Shown: positions 38,857 through 50,407 of the stretch, piece after piece
Position numbering within the stretch: position 1 is the stretch's first letter
Layout: each line of letters begins with the position of its first letter
Assembly (NCBI GenBank): GCA_964106645.2
Contig: OZ067042.1
From: Podarcis pityusensis
Taxonomy: Eukaryota
Direction: 5' to 3' (one strand)
Length of the DNA: 64,000 nucleotides
Position numbers and translations under genes: made by a program
Notes under the pieces: model-generated
Seen by the model: the letters and a program-made list of their open reading frames with translations, nothing else
Told to the model about the DNA's origin: nothing
The model's database searches: none

Positions 38857-40215
38857 GTAAGTGTCTCTGGGAGGGCTCTGTAGAAGGTTTGTCCCATCGG
38901 GCTGGATGGAGAGCCTGCCTAGAGAAGCATGACTGTAGTAGAATTCAGCTCAGTTGATGGGAGGGTGGTCTGGAAGCACCCTGGGGTTAGGGCTAACTCT
39001 TCACAAGAAACAGTGCCCACCCCTAAATGTGGGCAAAGAGTCTGTTTTTCTCTATAGCTTTATCACTGGTGTATGATCTGCTGGCTCAGGTGGCCATAGC
39101 CTTATCCCCTTCAACACCCCACTCCTGGCCACTATTCATTTGTAGGCACCAGGCCACATCAGAAATGTTTTTAACTTAGAGTGTATATCCTGAGATTCCC
39201 ACCCATGCTGGTAACATACAGGGTCCAGGTAGCATTCCATCTCCCCAGAAGGATGGAGGTCTTTTGGCATTACACCGATTCTGTATCAGTCGCAGTGCTT
39301 CCCAGCAGAACTGAAAGTGCTGTTTTCCACCTTTAGAGCCCTCATTGGTTTGGGGCTAAGTTATTAGAAGGAGAAGCTGTGCCTGTATGAACCTACCTTT
39401 GCTTTAAGGTGGATATCAGAAGCCCTACTTGTTGGCCTGCATTTGAGATCATTTAGATTGGTGGGAACCAGGAACCAGTGCCTTCTCAGTGGTGGCCCCT
39501 ACTTTATGGGATACCCTCCCTAGAGAAGTGTTGATAGGTCACTTTAGCTTCAGTATTTAATTTGTTTTGAACTGTTTTTAATGTTGAATTTTAAATTGTT
39601 TTCAAAGGGCGGGTGATAAATCAATACAACAACAACAACAGTAATAATTAGTAATAATTGCCCTACCATATTACTATGCAATTGTGCATAGGATTGTAGC
39701 TTAAGAGGGGTTTTAAAATCCCAGTGGTGAAAACAAAGCAAAACAAATAACATTATACCTGGTCTGGTTTCAAAAGTGATCAAGTGACAACCCAAAGCCC
39801 AGTAGCTCCCCTTGTGCAAACCACTGGAGCCTGGTCCTGAGCTTACTAATGTCAGCGGGGCCTTCCTCCCAAGCTTGAGGGGAGTGTTGGGTCAGATGAA
39901 GGTAATATGCATGCAATCCTGGGGAAGCTGGCCTATTAGTCAATGTAACTTTTCTTGCTAAGGGGTGCCCTAAAATTTACCTGTTGATCTGTCATTCTAA
40001 GATCCTCTGTTGTAGGGGTGTGTTAGAACTGGCCCTTGCTTCTCCCATGCTGCAAATGATTTTGAAAATAAGATGTGCTGTCAATCTGAGAAGTGTCACA
40101 TGCCACTCTGTGAGCATTGTTTGTTTGTGTGTACACTGCACACACAGCCAGATGAAAGGACAAGATGTTTCTCTCCAGTGTTCACTGATGCTCTTCCTCT
40201 TCCTCCTTCCTGCAG

Positions 40216-40287
40216 GACTTTGAACAACAACAACATCAGCACCATCCCCATCTCCAGCTTCAACCATATGCCCAAACTGCGCACCTT
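40216..40287 (+). CDS. SLIT1: SLIT1 exon 7 (72 nt): [23 protein letters not shown](F)
   Basis: tgcag|GACTTTG...ACCTT|gtgagc. Confidence 0.95.
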
Positions 40288-40684
40288 GTGAGCACATGAT
40301 GAAGCAGCCCAAGGGCGGGGTGGGATTGGGGGTGGGGTGGAAGACCGCAGACTGGACATTTCATAAAGCATGGTGGGCTGGGAGCTACCAGTCCATACAA
40401 GGAATCCTGGTGGCAACTTTTCACTTTTAGGTCCTGCAGATCTCCCTTCTTGGCACTGGTGTTTTCATAGTAGGTAATGCCTAACCCTGTGCCCAGGATC
40501 CCAAAAACCTGGGGCCCTATGAAGATGTGGGGTGCTGCCCCCAATGGCAGAAAGAGCCACAGCTCTGTTCATAGAGTTGTTGGTTCCTTTAATGACAAGG
40601 TGTATCATGGGACAGAAAGGGGTGGCATTAATGTGGTGGGCAGGACACTGGGTGAGAGCAATCCAGTCCATGGAATGCAGAGTA

Positions 40685-41038
40685 AAAAAAGAGGTAAAGG
40701 TAAATGACCCCTGACAGTTAAGTCCAGTCACAAACAACTCTGGGGTTGCGGCGCTCATCTTGCTTTACTGGCCGAGGGAGCCGGCATTTGTCCATAGACA
40801 GTTTTTCCGGGTCATGTGGCCAGCATGACTAAGCCGCTTCTGGCGAAACCAGAGCAGTGCACGGAAATGCCGTTAACTTTCCCACCGGAGCAGTACCTAT
40901 TTATCTACTTGCACTTTGACATGCTTTCGAACTGCTAGGTTGGCAGGAGTTCTCCCCGTCGCAGGGATTCGAACCACCAACATTCTGATTGACAAGCCCA
41001 AGGCTCAGTGGTTTACACCACAGTGCCACCCGTATCCC
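40685..41038 (-). mobile_element. Sauria SINE (Squam1) in intron 7, antisense
   Basis: Reverse complement of 1234-1584 family; aaaggtaaagg-type tail; TSD gaatgcagagta on both sides. Confidence 0.9.
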
Positions 41039-41272
41039 AGAATGCAGAGTACTAAGGCCCAAATCCCACAGCTTCAGATCCCTATTGGACTGGACTCTCC
41101 TTCCCAGGAAATGTCCCCACATTTTCATTCCAGCTCAGTAAACCTAAGTCTGTCTCTCTAGAAATGGCTTTACCTACAGTATCTATGCAGGTGTCTCAAG
41201 AGGTAGCTGTGGAAAGACAGTGATTGATGTTTCTCTCCCCCCCCCAACCTTTCCTCCCCTGGGTCCCTACAG

Positions 41273-41436
41273 CCGCTTGCACTCCAACCAGCTCTTCTGC
41301 GATTGCCATTTGGGTTGGCTTTCCCAGTGGCTGCGCCAGCGCCCCACAATTGGGCTCTTCACACAGTGTGCCGGCCCTGCTGCCCTCCGTGGCCTCAATG
41401 TTGCAGAGATTCAGAAGAATGAATTCAGCTGTTCAG
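41273..41436 (+). CDS. SLIT1: SLIT1 exon 8 (164 nt, LRRCT of D1): [54 protein letters not shown]
   Basis: ctacag|CCGCTTG...TTCAG|gtgagt; LRRCT CxC motif. Confidence 0.96.
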
Positions 41437-42234
41437 GTGAGTGGCATCTATGGGGTTCCAGGGAGCTTTGCAGACCCCCAGAATCACCAGAAAGAGGCCC
41501 CTTCTGCCTTCAGATTCAAGGCATATCAGCCCTGGAACCAAAGGGTTAGTGAAACCTGCCACAAGAGACCATTGGTCTCTCAAATGAACACAGACCCTCT
41601 TACCACGACACATTAGTTTCGGGAGCTCTTGTGTCTCGTGTGCAGGCCATGGTGGTTGCATGACTGCAGCCTGGACTGCAGAAATTGCTTTTCATTCTAC
41701 AGAAATTCTTTTAAAAGCGTTGTCTCCTTTTATCCTGCATTTTTCTATTTCTGACAGTGTGAAGCTATCAAACCATTAGTGCTGCAAGCTGCCATCTTGA
41801 AAGATGCCCGCTTGCTCCCTGCACCAGCCTGTACTCTTTATGCAGTTTTCCTCCTCAGCGTTGTGAAATGGTGCACCATGCTGCCCTTTCTGTCTCATGC
41901 TCATTTGTGCACTTGCCCTCCCCATCACACTGTCCGTTTCTTGTCTCTGCTGATTTGAACTATCAACCTGTGTAGCAGTTCTGCATATGTATATGCCTGC
42001 ATATGTATTTATCTCTACGTGTAAACATCTGTGGAGAGGGGCTGAGAGGAGGGCGTGCTGTGGCCCAAAGGCTCTCTAGCTGCCCTGAAGAAAGTACACA
42101 TTCCAAAACCCCAAGAGACCACAATGTTCCACAAGCAAAGAACAGGTAGGCAGGGCTAGGGATGCCCTGCAGTGCCGTGGGTTGCAAGCCCTATGCAAAG
42201 AGGATGCACTAAGCTTCTGCATTCTTCTCTGCAG

Positions 42235-42382
42235 GCCAGATGGATGCTACCAGGACCCAAATCTGCAGCTTTTCATCAGGTTCCTGTCCCGCCATGTGCA
42301 CCTGCAGCAATGGCATTGTGGACTGTCGCGGCAAGGGGCTGACAGCCATCCCTGCCAACTTGCCTGAGACCATGACTGAGAT
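42235..42382 (+). CDS. SLIT1: SLIT1 exon 9 (148 nt, LRRNT of D2): [49 protein letters not shown](I)
   Basis: ctgcag|GCCAG...GAGAT|gtgagt; LRRNT CPxxCxC motif. Confidence 0.96.
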
Positions 42383-43264
42383 GTGAGTGGATACTAGGAA
42401 CATGGTGGGAAGGCAGGGGGTGGTGGGACCTGAGCACTAGCACCCTTCCTAATCACATCTACTCTGCTTGGGTGATCCTGTCTCCTTTGGCTAGTATTGA
42501 TTCAGCTGGTATTGGAACAGGGAATATATTGTTGCCTAAGGAGCACCATAGGGCAATTCTCAACTGTGACCTTCTGTCAGGGGTGGGGAACCTCTGGCCC
42601 ATGGACCAGATTTGGCCTGCCAAGCCATTTCACTCAAGCCATATGCATGATGTGAGGACAGGGCATGACTGAAAGGGGCTTTCCAAACACCCCACAATCA
42701 GCCAGTTGCCATGTGTCTGGGAAACGAAGCACAAAGCACTTTGAGAGGCGTGTGTCCAGCATTTCCCAAGCACCAAGCATGTGACTAGCAAAGCACTCTG
42801 CACAGTGCTTTCCCAAACATCTGACAATCACCTGGTTTGGGCATTTGGGAAGTGCTGTGCAAAGCTTTGACAGGTGTCGATCACCTGATGCCATTATGTG
42901 TCAGGTGACTGGCATATGGGTGGCCCTACTGACTGTTGAAGTTGGCCCACAAGGGTAGGGGGAGATAAAGATGTGGTCCACTGGTCCATAAAGCTTCACC
43001 ACTCCTCCCTTATGCGGAGATGACTCTAGTTTTTGCCAGTCCCTTTTGTGGCTAAAAGCTGTACCAGGATCAGAGATTTCTGCTTCCAGAGAACTGGGGG
43101 AGATGTGCCAAAGTGAACTATCCAGGAATACAGCTGTCTGCCTACTCTTGGGGACTACCTCCTGCCTGATCTCTGTGGCATCCTTGTTGGAAGAGACGGC
43201 ACTTCAGTTACTCCCATGGTGCAGTCAAGCTGATTTGCTTTCTTGTGTTCTGTTTCCCATGCAG

Positions 43265-43336
43265 ACGCTTAGAACTGAATGGCATCAAGTCTATCCCACC
43301 TGGAGCCTTCTCATCTTATAAGAAGCTACGAAGGAT
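43265..43336 (+). CDS. SLIT1: SLIT1 exon 10 (72 nt): [23 protein letters not shown](I)
   Basis: gcag|ACGCTTA...AGGAT|gtgagt. Confidence 0.95.
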
Positions 43337-43644
43337 GTGAGTGTCTTCAGCCAGAGTGAACAATGCTGGGCTTGATGGACACATAGTCTGTGCAGGCCTA
43401 AGGCAATACCTTCTGTCTAGACGTGATATGGGCAGAGGGGAAGCAGGTGTTGCATTGCAAGGTGTACTCGAGGGAGCCCAGAGCTGTATTGGCTGATGTG
43501 CACCTTCATCTCAGTCCTGCTAAGGAACAGGAGTGAAGCCTTTATTATACTCTGTAAAGAACACAAGGTGGGAGAGGCACCTTCAGAAAAGGAAGGAGCT
43601 GTGACTACATGCATAGGAGCGTTAACTTTGTCTTTGCCTTTCAG

Positions 43645-43716
43645 AGACCTGAGCAACAACCAGATCTTGGAGATTGCGCCTGATGCCTTCCAAGGCCTGC
43701 GCTCACTCAACTCTCT
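43645..43716 (+). CDS. SLIT1: SLIT1 exon 11 (72 nt): [23 protein letters not shown](L)
   Basis: ttcag|AGACCTG...CTCT|gtgagt. Confidence 0.95.
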
Positions 43717-44204
43717 GTGAGTACCCTCAGTGGGAGCAAGCATGGCAGACATTAGTCTAGGTGGGGAAGTGAAATGCCGCTTGCATGCAGCATGAGAATG
43801 TCCTTGCACAAGCTCCGCGCACCTAGCTCTACCACTGGCTATGTGCTGTGGCTTCCTGAATATGCCAATTCCAACTCACAGCCCCCTTGGCCAACATATT
43901 GCTTGGCCTTTCTAATTCCCAGGTGCTGCTGATAATGTTAGCATGTGTATTGCCCCACCCACCACACTCCCCCACCATCCACTGCACCAGCAAGTTAATG
44001 TGGCTCCATTCCAAAGAGCAATATGTGTCATGGTTGTCTTTTGAAATGCAATTTTGCAGGCACAGCTCCAGATGGCGAGTGTTTGCATGAAGCAGCTCTC
44101 TATGGTCCTGTGGCGATTTCAGCCTCACCATTTCAACCCTTCTCTTGCGAAGGTTTGCAATGGAATGAGCGAAACTGCTGCAACCTTGCAGGGAGCCACT
44201 TGAC

Positions 44205-44294
44205 CATAGCTGTCAATTTTTCCCTTTTCTTGCGAGGAATCCTATTCGGAATAAGGGAATTTCCCTTTAAAAAAGGGAAACGTTGACAGCTACG
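44205..44294. mobile_element. 90-bp hAT MITE, copy 1
   Basis: TIR catagctgtcaa / ttgacagctacg; exact 8-bp TSD cacttgac. Confidence 0.88.
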
Positions 44295-44600
44295 CACTTG
44301 ACACAGGCAGCTTGCCATGTGGAGCTGCGCCTACCTGGCTGTTTCAAGTGGCTGCATATGGCCATTTGCATATACGAACTGGGCCTCAGTGGGGACTTAA
44401 ATCACATTTGAATCCAGATTCCCTGATGCTGGCATCATAAGCCAGCTGGCACCTCACAGTCTCATTATCGTTACAATCGCTATGTATGAAGGGTGAGCCT
44501 TGGTTCAGTTGTTCAAGATGGCCTCTTTCCTCAAGGCACATCAGGACTTAACCACTGAGAAACACTACTAATTCAAGCACTGGTTTTGTTTCTTTTCCAG

Positions 44601-44672
44601 AGTCTTGTACGGGAACAAGATCACAGAGCTGCCCAAAGGGGTATTCGGGGGCTTGTATGCACTGCAACTACT
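44601..44672 (+). CDS. SLIT1: SLIT1 exon 12 (72 nt): [23 protein letters not shown](L)
   Basis: ttccag|AGTCTTG...CTACT|gtaagc. Confidence 0.95.
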
Positions 44673-45030
44673 GTAAGCACAAGTGAGAGGGATAGCTAGA
44701 GGGCCATTTGGACATCACTATAGCAGGGGGCGAGTGGCAGTGTGGAAACCTTGATTCAGATGGCAAAGGGGCTCCAGACCTCACATCTGGCTCCCATACA
44801 ATTTCAGCATACTTCTGTGCAAACCTGACAGCCCTTTATCTCTTCCCTGGAACCTGCAACTCTCCTTACTACTTAACAAGCCTTTTCTTCTTCCCTGCCT
44901 TCATCTTCCACACAGCCTGCTTCACTGTCCCCTGTGTCTTTCTACTCCACAATCCCATCTAGAGTTACTGTCTTCTCCCCAGCTTTAATCTTTGCTTCCC
45001 TCCTCATCTGCCTATATTCCTCATCTATAC

Positions 45031-45311
45031 CAGGGGTCAGCAACTTGCGGCCCATGTGCCACAAGCGGCCCACAGGGGTCGTTTAAACAGCCCATGAGCC
45101 GCCCCTGAACTGAGCTGCCCACTCAGTGAGTCCCTGTGCACTGCACTAAACTGGAGCAGTGCAGAGTGGGGACTTGCTTCTGCTGTGCCGGAAATCGCGT
45201 CTGTGCAGATTCAGATGCCGAAAATCGCATCTGCGCAGGCACGATCTGGTCCATGGAGCAATCTCCACAGGAGTGAACCATCCCAGGCGAGGTAAACCTT
45301 GCCGACCCCTG
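45031..45311. mobile_element. hAT-Charlie-like MITE, 281 bp
   Basis: TIR caggggtcagcaa / ttgccgacccctg; exact 8-bp TSD atctatac. Confidence 0.88.
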
Positions 45312-45603
45312 ATCTATACTATCCTTCCTTCTGTCCACCTCAGATTCAGGGAAGGGTTGTGGATATCCTCTCTCCTCACCTGTCTTCTTTGTGGCCATTT
45401 TGTTCTCTGACCTATTATCACTTGGTCTAGGCTGTGTGAGTAACATGCTGGGTGTTAGTTGAGTGGGTGGGATCTGCGGAATCCCCTGCTGTGAGCAATG
45501 GCCAAGAATATTTTTTGTGTGTGTGATAGCCACTACCACTACGACCATCACAACGTGCACACACACGCACTCTGATATGGTGTTTTGTGCTCCTTCACTC
45601 CAG

Positions 45604-45747
45604 GCTCCTGAATGCCAACAAGATCAACTGCATCCGGGCAGATGCCTTTGCTGACCTGCAGAACCTGTCGCTGCTCTCGCTGTACGACAACAAGATCCAG
45701 ACCTTGGCCAAGGGCACCTTTGCCACCTTGCGAGCCATCCAGACTCT
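45604..45747 (+). CDS. SLIT1: SLIT1 exon 13 (144 nt, 2 LRRs): [47 protein letters not shown](L)
   Basis: tccag|GCTCCTG...ACTCT|gtgagt. Confidence 0.96.
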
Positions 45748-46285
45748 GTGAGTGCTGGCTTCTCTGACGATATGTCCAATGAGAACAGGGTTCTGTGGGA
45801 GGAAGGGAGGAAATGCCCTTGGAGAACTGGGGTCCCACTGAGAAGGCAGGTAAGATTCCGTGGCCAAGGCAGGAGATTACCACAGGGTCAGAGCTCTAGA
45901 AAGAGAGCAAAAAGCCTTGCAAGGCCATGCCTTTGCAACCATGTTCAAGACCGGCCTTCCTTAACTGCCTGTCTTCCAAACGTGGTTGCCCATAACTTGA
46001 CTGGGGCTGAGGAAGTTGTTCCAAAAACATCTGAAGGGCACCAAGTTGGGGAAGACTGCCCTAGAGTGTAGAGGCTGGCCCAGGGCCATTGGCAGAGCCC
46101 AACATCCTGGCACCAAAGTGAGGTCACAAGGAAATGGACCACTTTGCCTTCGGGGTGCCTACAAGAGCATTCAGCATTATGCCAGCTAGAAGCAGCATCT
46201 TGGTTGCTAGATTTAAGGTTGCTCTGACAGCAGCCATCAGAACAACTCTGAAATTCAAGCTGCTCTTGTTTCTTTCCCTCTACAG

Positions 46286-46449
46286 CCATCTGGCCCAGAA
46301 CCCCTTTATTTGCGACTGCAACCTGAAGTGGCTGGCAGACTTCTTGCGTGCCAATCCTATTGAAACAAGTGGTGCTCGTTGTGCCAGCCCCCGCCGCCTC
46401 GCCAACAAGCGCATCGGACAGATCAAGAGCAAGAAATTCCGCTGCTCCC
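46286..46449 (+). CDS. SLIT1: SLIT1 exon 14 (164 nt, LRRCT of D2): [54 protein letters not shown]
   Basis: ctacag|CCATCTG...TGCTCCC|gtatga; the donor is atypical (C at -1) but gives the same 164-nt length as LRRCT exons 8 and 26. Confidence 0.93.
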
Positions 46450-46913
46450 GTATGAATGATCTTCTTCTGTAGGGCTGTGTATAGATTTGGGGATCAGGAC
46501 AGAGCAGATATTGGATGTTCCCCTGCAGTTCATTACATACTTATTCAGGGATTCTGACATTAGCACCCCAGTGAAATCTAGGGGGAGATATTGTAGAAAC
46601 ATTCCCCCCCCCCAACTGAAACAACTGCAGTGTTTCTGTTCCCTTATTTTAAAAATTAACTCTTACATCTTGTGCACACATTGATGGCTGGTGGTGTATT
46701 TGTCTATTTTTCATCAGAAATACATATTAAGTTAATATGCATGATGTCATTTCTAAGCATATGTATCTGGATAGAAATATGCATTCTGTTTTAATTTCAC
46801 ACGCTGCAGTATATATACTCGTTCATACATGTTTGAGGAAGGTATGAGCAGCACAGCCTTTAATATCTTAAGTTTGCTACATTCAGATTAACACTGCATA
46901 TTTCTGTTCACAG

Positions 46914-46937
46914 CCAAAGAACAGTATTTCATTCCAG
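46914..46937 (+). CDS. SLIT1: SLIT1 exon 15, 24-nt microexon: (P)KEQYFIP(G)
   Basis: cacag|CCAAAGAACAGTATTTCATTCCAG|gtaagg; corresponds to the AKEQYFIP D2-D3 linker microexon of Slit genes. Confidence 0.93.
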
Positions 46938-47612
46938 GTAAGGGAGCCAGTATGGAGATGCTAGAATTTGCACGTGAGTTGCATGTGTATGTTTGCACTA
47001 CTGGCAGAATGAGGTTGCAGCCTTGCAGGATTGCTGTTACGATGTATTTTTAATGGCTTGCATTAGATCCAGCAGTGGTGGCATGGACTGTTTGCAGGCA
47101 CTGTGTCCTTCCAGAGGCTCAGAACAAGATCAACCAGTCTCTGTCTTTTATATCTACCTTCTCCATTTGCTGTAGCACAGGAGTGGCAAACTCAATAGGC
47201 CACAGGTGGTCCACAGCCAATTTCAATCTGTCAAGTCTCCACTGCTTCTGTCTACTTGATGGTGGTGCCACTTATTGGAGCCTTACTCTATGTACAGAAA
47301 TTTCTGGCTTAATTATTCTGGCCAGCGGATTTATATATTTTTATTTATGAGTTCTGCATTCAACTGGGATCCCTGATAAAGCAGAGCTCCCAGATGCCTG
47401 GTGGCTTCTACTCACATTCAAGCAGCCATGGTAGAAGATCCCTTCAACAGGAGAAGGTCTGGGACTGGGTGAGCAGGAATGTTGGGAGAAGAGTGAGGCC
47501 TCATGCCCCCAGAAAGAAGGAATCCCCTTCCACAATATGCTTATGCAACAGTCCCAAGTATTCACACACACCTCTGTGTGCACACTTTCTCATTGCTTTC
47601 TCTTGGTGGCAG

Positions 47613-47757
47613 GTACAGAAGATTACCAGTTGAACAGTGAATGTCACAGTGACGTTGTCTGCCCCCCCAAGTGCCGCTGTGAAGCCAACGTGGTCGAGTG
47701 TTCCAACCTGAAGCTGACAAAGATCCCAGAGCGCCTCCCTCAAGCCACAGCTGAACT
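47613..47757 (+). CDS. SLIT1: SLIT1 exon 16 (145 nt, LRRNT of D3): [48 protein letters not shown](L)
   Basis: ggcag|GTACAG...GAACT|gtaagt. Confidence 0.96.
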
Positions 47758-48431
47758 GTAAGTCATCATGCTTTGGCCATATCTAAGAACCATACTTCCT
47801 TCCTCACTATCAAAAACCGAGTACTCCTATTTGCTTTCCGTGTGGCTTTATTTACACAGTTGTAGATAGCAAATGTTGCTATTGTAGGGTTGCTGGTGTT
47901 TTGAGGACTGATCTCTGTGGCAGGGACACGGAGGCATTCTCTATGGTTTTTGGGTTTGCCCTCCCCCATCAAGCAGTGAGATGGAAGGACCTACTTGCTG
48001 ATTGGCTCCCCCTGCTGAGGTACACCTGACCACCCAGACTGGGTCTGCCTGCCATCTGTGAAGCAGGATTTCATTTTAACTCTATAAAGCCCAACAAACA
48101 TATGAAGAGCCCTGTTGTATCAGGCCAAATGTCCATTTAGTCCAGCATTCTGTTCTCACAGTGGCCTATGGGAAGCTTGCAAGCAGGATCTGACACAACA
48201 GTGCTCTTCCCACTTGTAATTCCCAGTGACTGGTATTTGGAAGAATGCTGCCTCTGACAGTGGAGGTAAGGGTTAAAAGGTTCCCTACATACTTGCGCTA
48301 ACCATGAATCTATGAAACTCGCAGTTCTTTTTCTTAAGGTGAAAATAGAAGTGAGGGGGAAACTCCTTGTTGTCTAAATGTTTTTTCTCCTCATACTTAA
48401 TTCATACTTTGAATCACTGCAGTATGTCCAA

Positions 48432-48452
48432 TTCTTCTTCTTCTTCTTCTTC

Positions 48453-48499
<47 letters not shown>

Positions 48500-48530
48500 C
48501 CCACCCATCTGACTGGGTTGCCTCAGCCAC
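48432..48530 (-). repeat. (TTC)n(ATT)n microsatellite as the tail of a short L2 3' end
   Basis: Microsatellite followed by ccccacccatctgactgggttgcctcagccactc. Confidence 0.75.
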
Positions 48531-49143
48531 TCATCTAAGATTCCTAACTTCTGTACCCAGTGTTCATCTTACGCACTGACAAAGCTTAGAACTTCTATTT
48601 CTGGTGCGTTTTTCATTCCAGTGCCTCTCCCTTCTGTAGTGCACTGCACTGCACCCAGCATCCCATATTGTGTACTAAATGGGTATCTGAAGCCTTTTAT
48701 ATGAATCATTTATTTTCCATGCAAGCACAGTGGAATGGCCCTTGGCCCTATCCAGTACTGAGTCTTTCATTGGGCCATTTCACCTTCTATTTCTATTCTA
48801 TATTCAATTCTTTGAAATTATCTGTGTGTAGGAAAAGGGCACATTGTTCATGCGGACAAGTGGCTTTCTGCTGCAGATGCTTGATTTAGAAAGCTGGTGT
48901 GTATTGGCTTTCAAAGCCACATACTTACTCCTGGCAGAACAATCCATTCGCATTACGCTTTATATTCTGATAAATATATGCACATTTTTATACACAGGGA
49001 TTAACTCAGAACAGAGTGGAAAGAATGTGTTAAGCAATGCAAAGTTAGTTTTCAGAGATGGGCCTAGAATACACATATATTTTATTTTATTCACTGCTTT
49101 GCTTTCCGAGCTGTATGCTTACAATCCTTTATTTCTGTTGCAG

Positions 49144-49218
49144 GCGGCTGAACAACAATGAGATCACAGTGCTGGAGGCCACAGGCATCTTTAAGAAGCT
49201 CCCACACTTAAAGAAAAT
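49144..49218 (+). CDS. SLIT1: SLIT1 exon 17 (75 nt): [24 protein letters not shown](I)
   Basis: tgcag|GCGGCTG...AAAAT|gtgagt. Confidence 0.95.
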
Positions 49219-49939
49219 GTGAGTATGTGGGTAAGGGGTTCTCATAGCAGAGGAGATACTCCAAAGACCTCTTGTGCACACAAGATCTGGGGAAAAGGAG
49301 GCGGCAATATGAACAGGGCTTAGAGTGCAGCAGTATTCCAACAGGAGCCAGATATTTCTAATGCAAGAGGCTGACATGTATGCCTAGAATGGAAAGGCCA
49401 AACTAGAGGTGACCTTTGCCACATTGCTTGGTGTTGCATAGTTGATTTTTAAAAGTTGAACAGCTGGCATAGGGGGGCCAGCCAGCTCAGGACAATGGTG
49501 TGGAGTGAGGGGAGCTTTGACCCAGTGCTGGAATTGCCCCCCTGCCACCTCAACTGCTGTTTACAAGGAGAATAAAGCTTCCATTGACATCAGTGGGAGC
49601 TTTCCTTTCAGTGCAAACAGCAGGCACAGGAGGGAGAAGATTCTGATCGAGACTGCCAGGGGCTACACGATGGGCCTTCAGAAGCAGAAACAATTTTTTT
49701 AGAGGAAGTCAAAGGCTTAAAACTAAACATATGGCATACATTCAAAGTGGGTGCAGCAGGCGCAGGTTGCAGAAGAATTAAAGAGAGCAAAATAAAACCA
49801 GCGCTGTTGGAACTACTACAAATATTCTTCATTTGTCTCTGTTGGAGAGAAATGCTCCTTGTAGGCTGCGCACTGAGTTGAGAAAACTTTCTGCATGCTC
49901 CTGTGTTCTACTATCACTTCATGTTCCTTGCTTTCCCAG

Positions 49940-50083
49940 AAACCTGAGCAACAACAAAGTGTCAGAGATTGAGGATGGAGCCTTTGAAGGGGCAGCTTCA
50001 GTCAGTGAGTTACACCTGACGGTTAACCAGCTGGAGTCAGTGCGCAGCGCCATGTTCCGGGGCCTCGATGGGCTGCGGACCCT
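49940..50083 (+). CDS. SLIT1: SLIT1 exon 18 (144 nt): [47 protein letters not shown](L)
   Basis: cccag|AAACCTG...ACCCT|gtaagt. Confidence 0.96.
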
Positions 50084-50263
50084 GTAAGTTGGCCTAACTG
50101 GGGTTGTTGGCCTAACTGGGGTAGGGAAGATAGGAGAGAGCAGCAGCGGTGGGTTGTCAGTATGCAGGAGGAGTAGCAGGGTGGAGAATGCTGTCAGGCT
50201 CCTTTGGCTTTCAATGGGTAGTTTGTAGAACGGGCTTCTTCCCATTCTCTGTCTTCCTTCCAG

Positions 50264-50407
50264 GATGCTGAGGAACAACCGCATCAACTGCATCCACAAC
50301 GACAGCTTCACGGGACTGCGCAATGTCCGCCTCCTCTCGCTGTACGACAATCAGATCAGCACCATCGCACCTGGGGCTTTTGACACGTTGCAGTCACTCT
50401 CCACGCT
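50264..50407 (+). CDS. SLIT1: SLIT1 exon 19 (144 nt): [47 protein letters not shown](L)
   Basis: tccag|GATGCTG...ACGCT|gtgagt. Confidence 0.96.

Noticed and set aside
46450-47612. Intact miR-218 gene
   Set aside because: Mature TTGTGCTTGATCTAACCATGT is not present in introns 14 or 15. Only a degenerate hairpin is reported, as a hypothesis.
49919-50350. Minus-strand ORFs overlapping exons (also 45595-45867, 50834-51313)
   Set aside because: Antisense shadows of SLIT1 coding exons.
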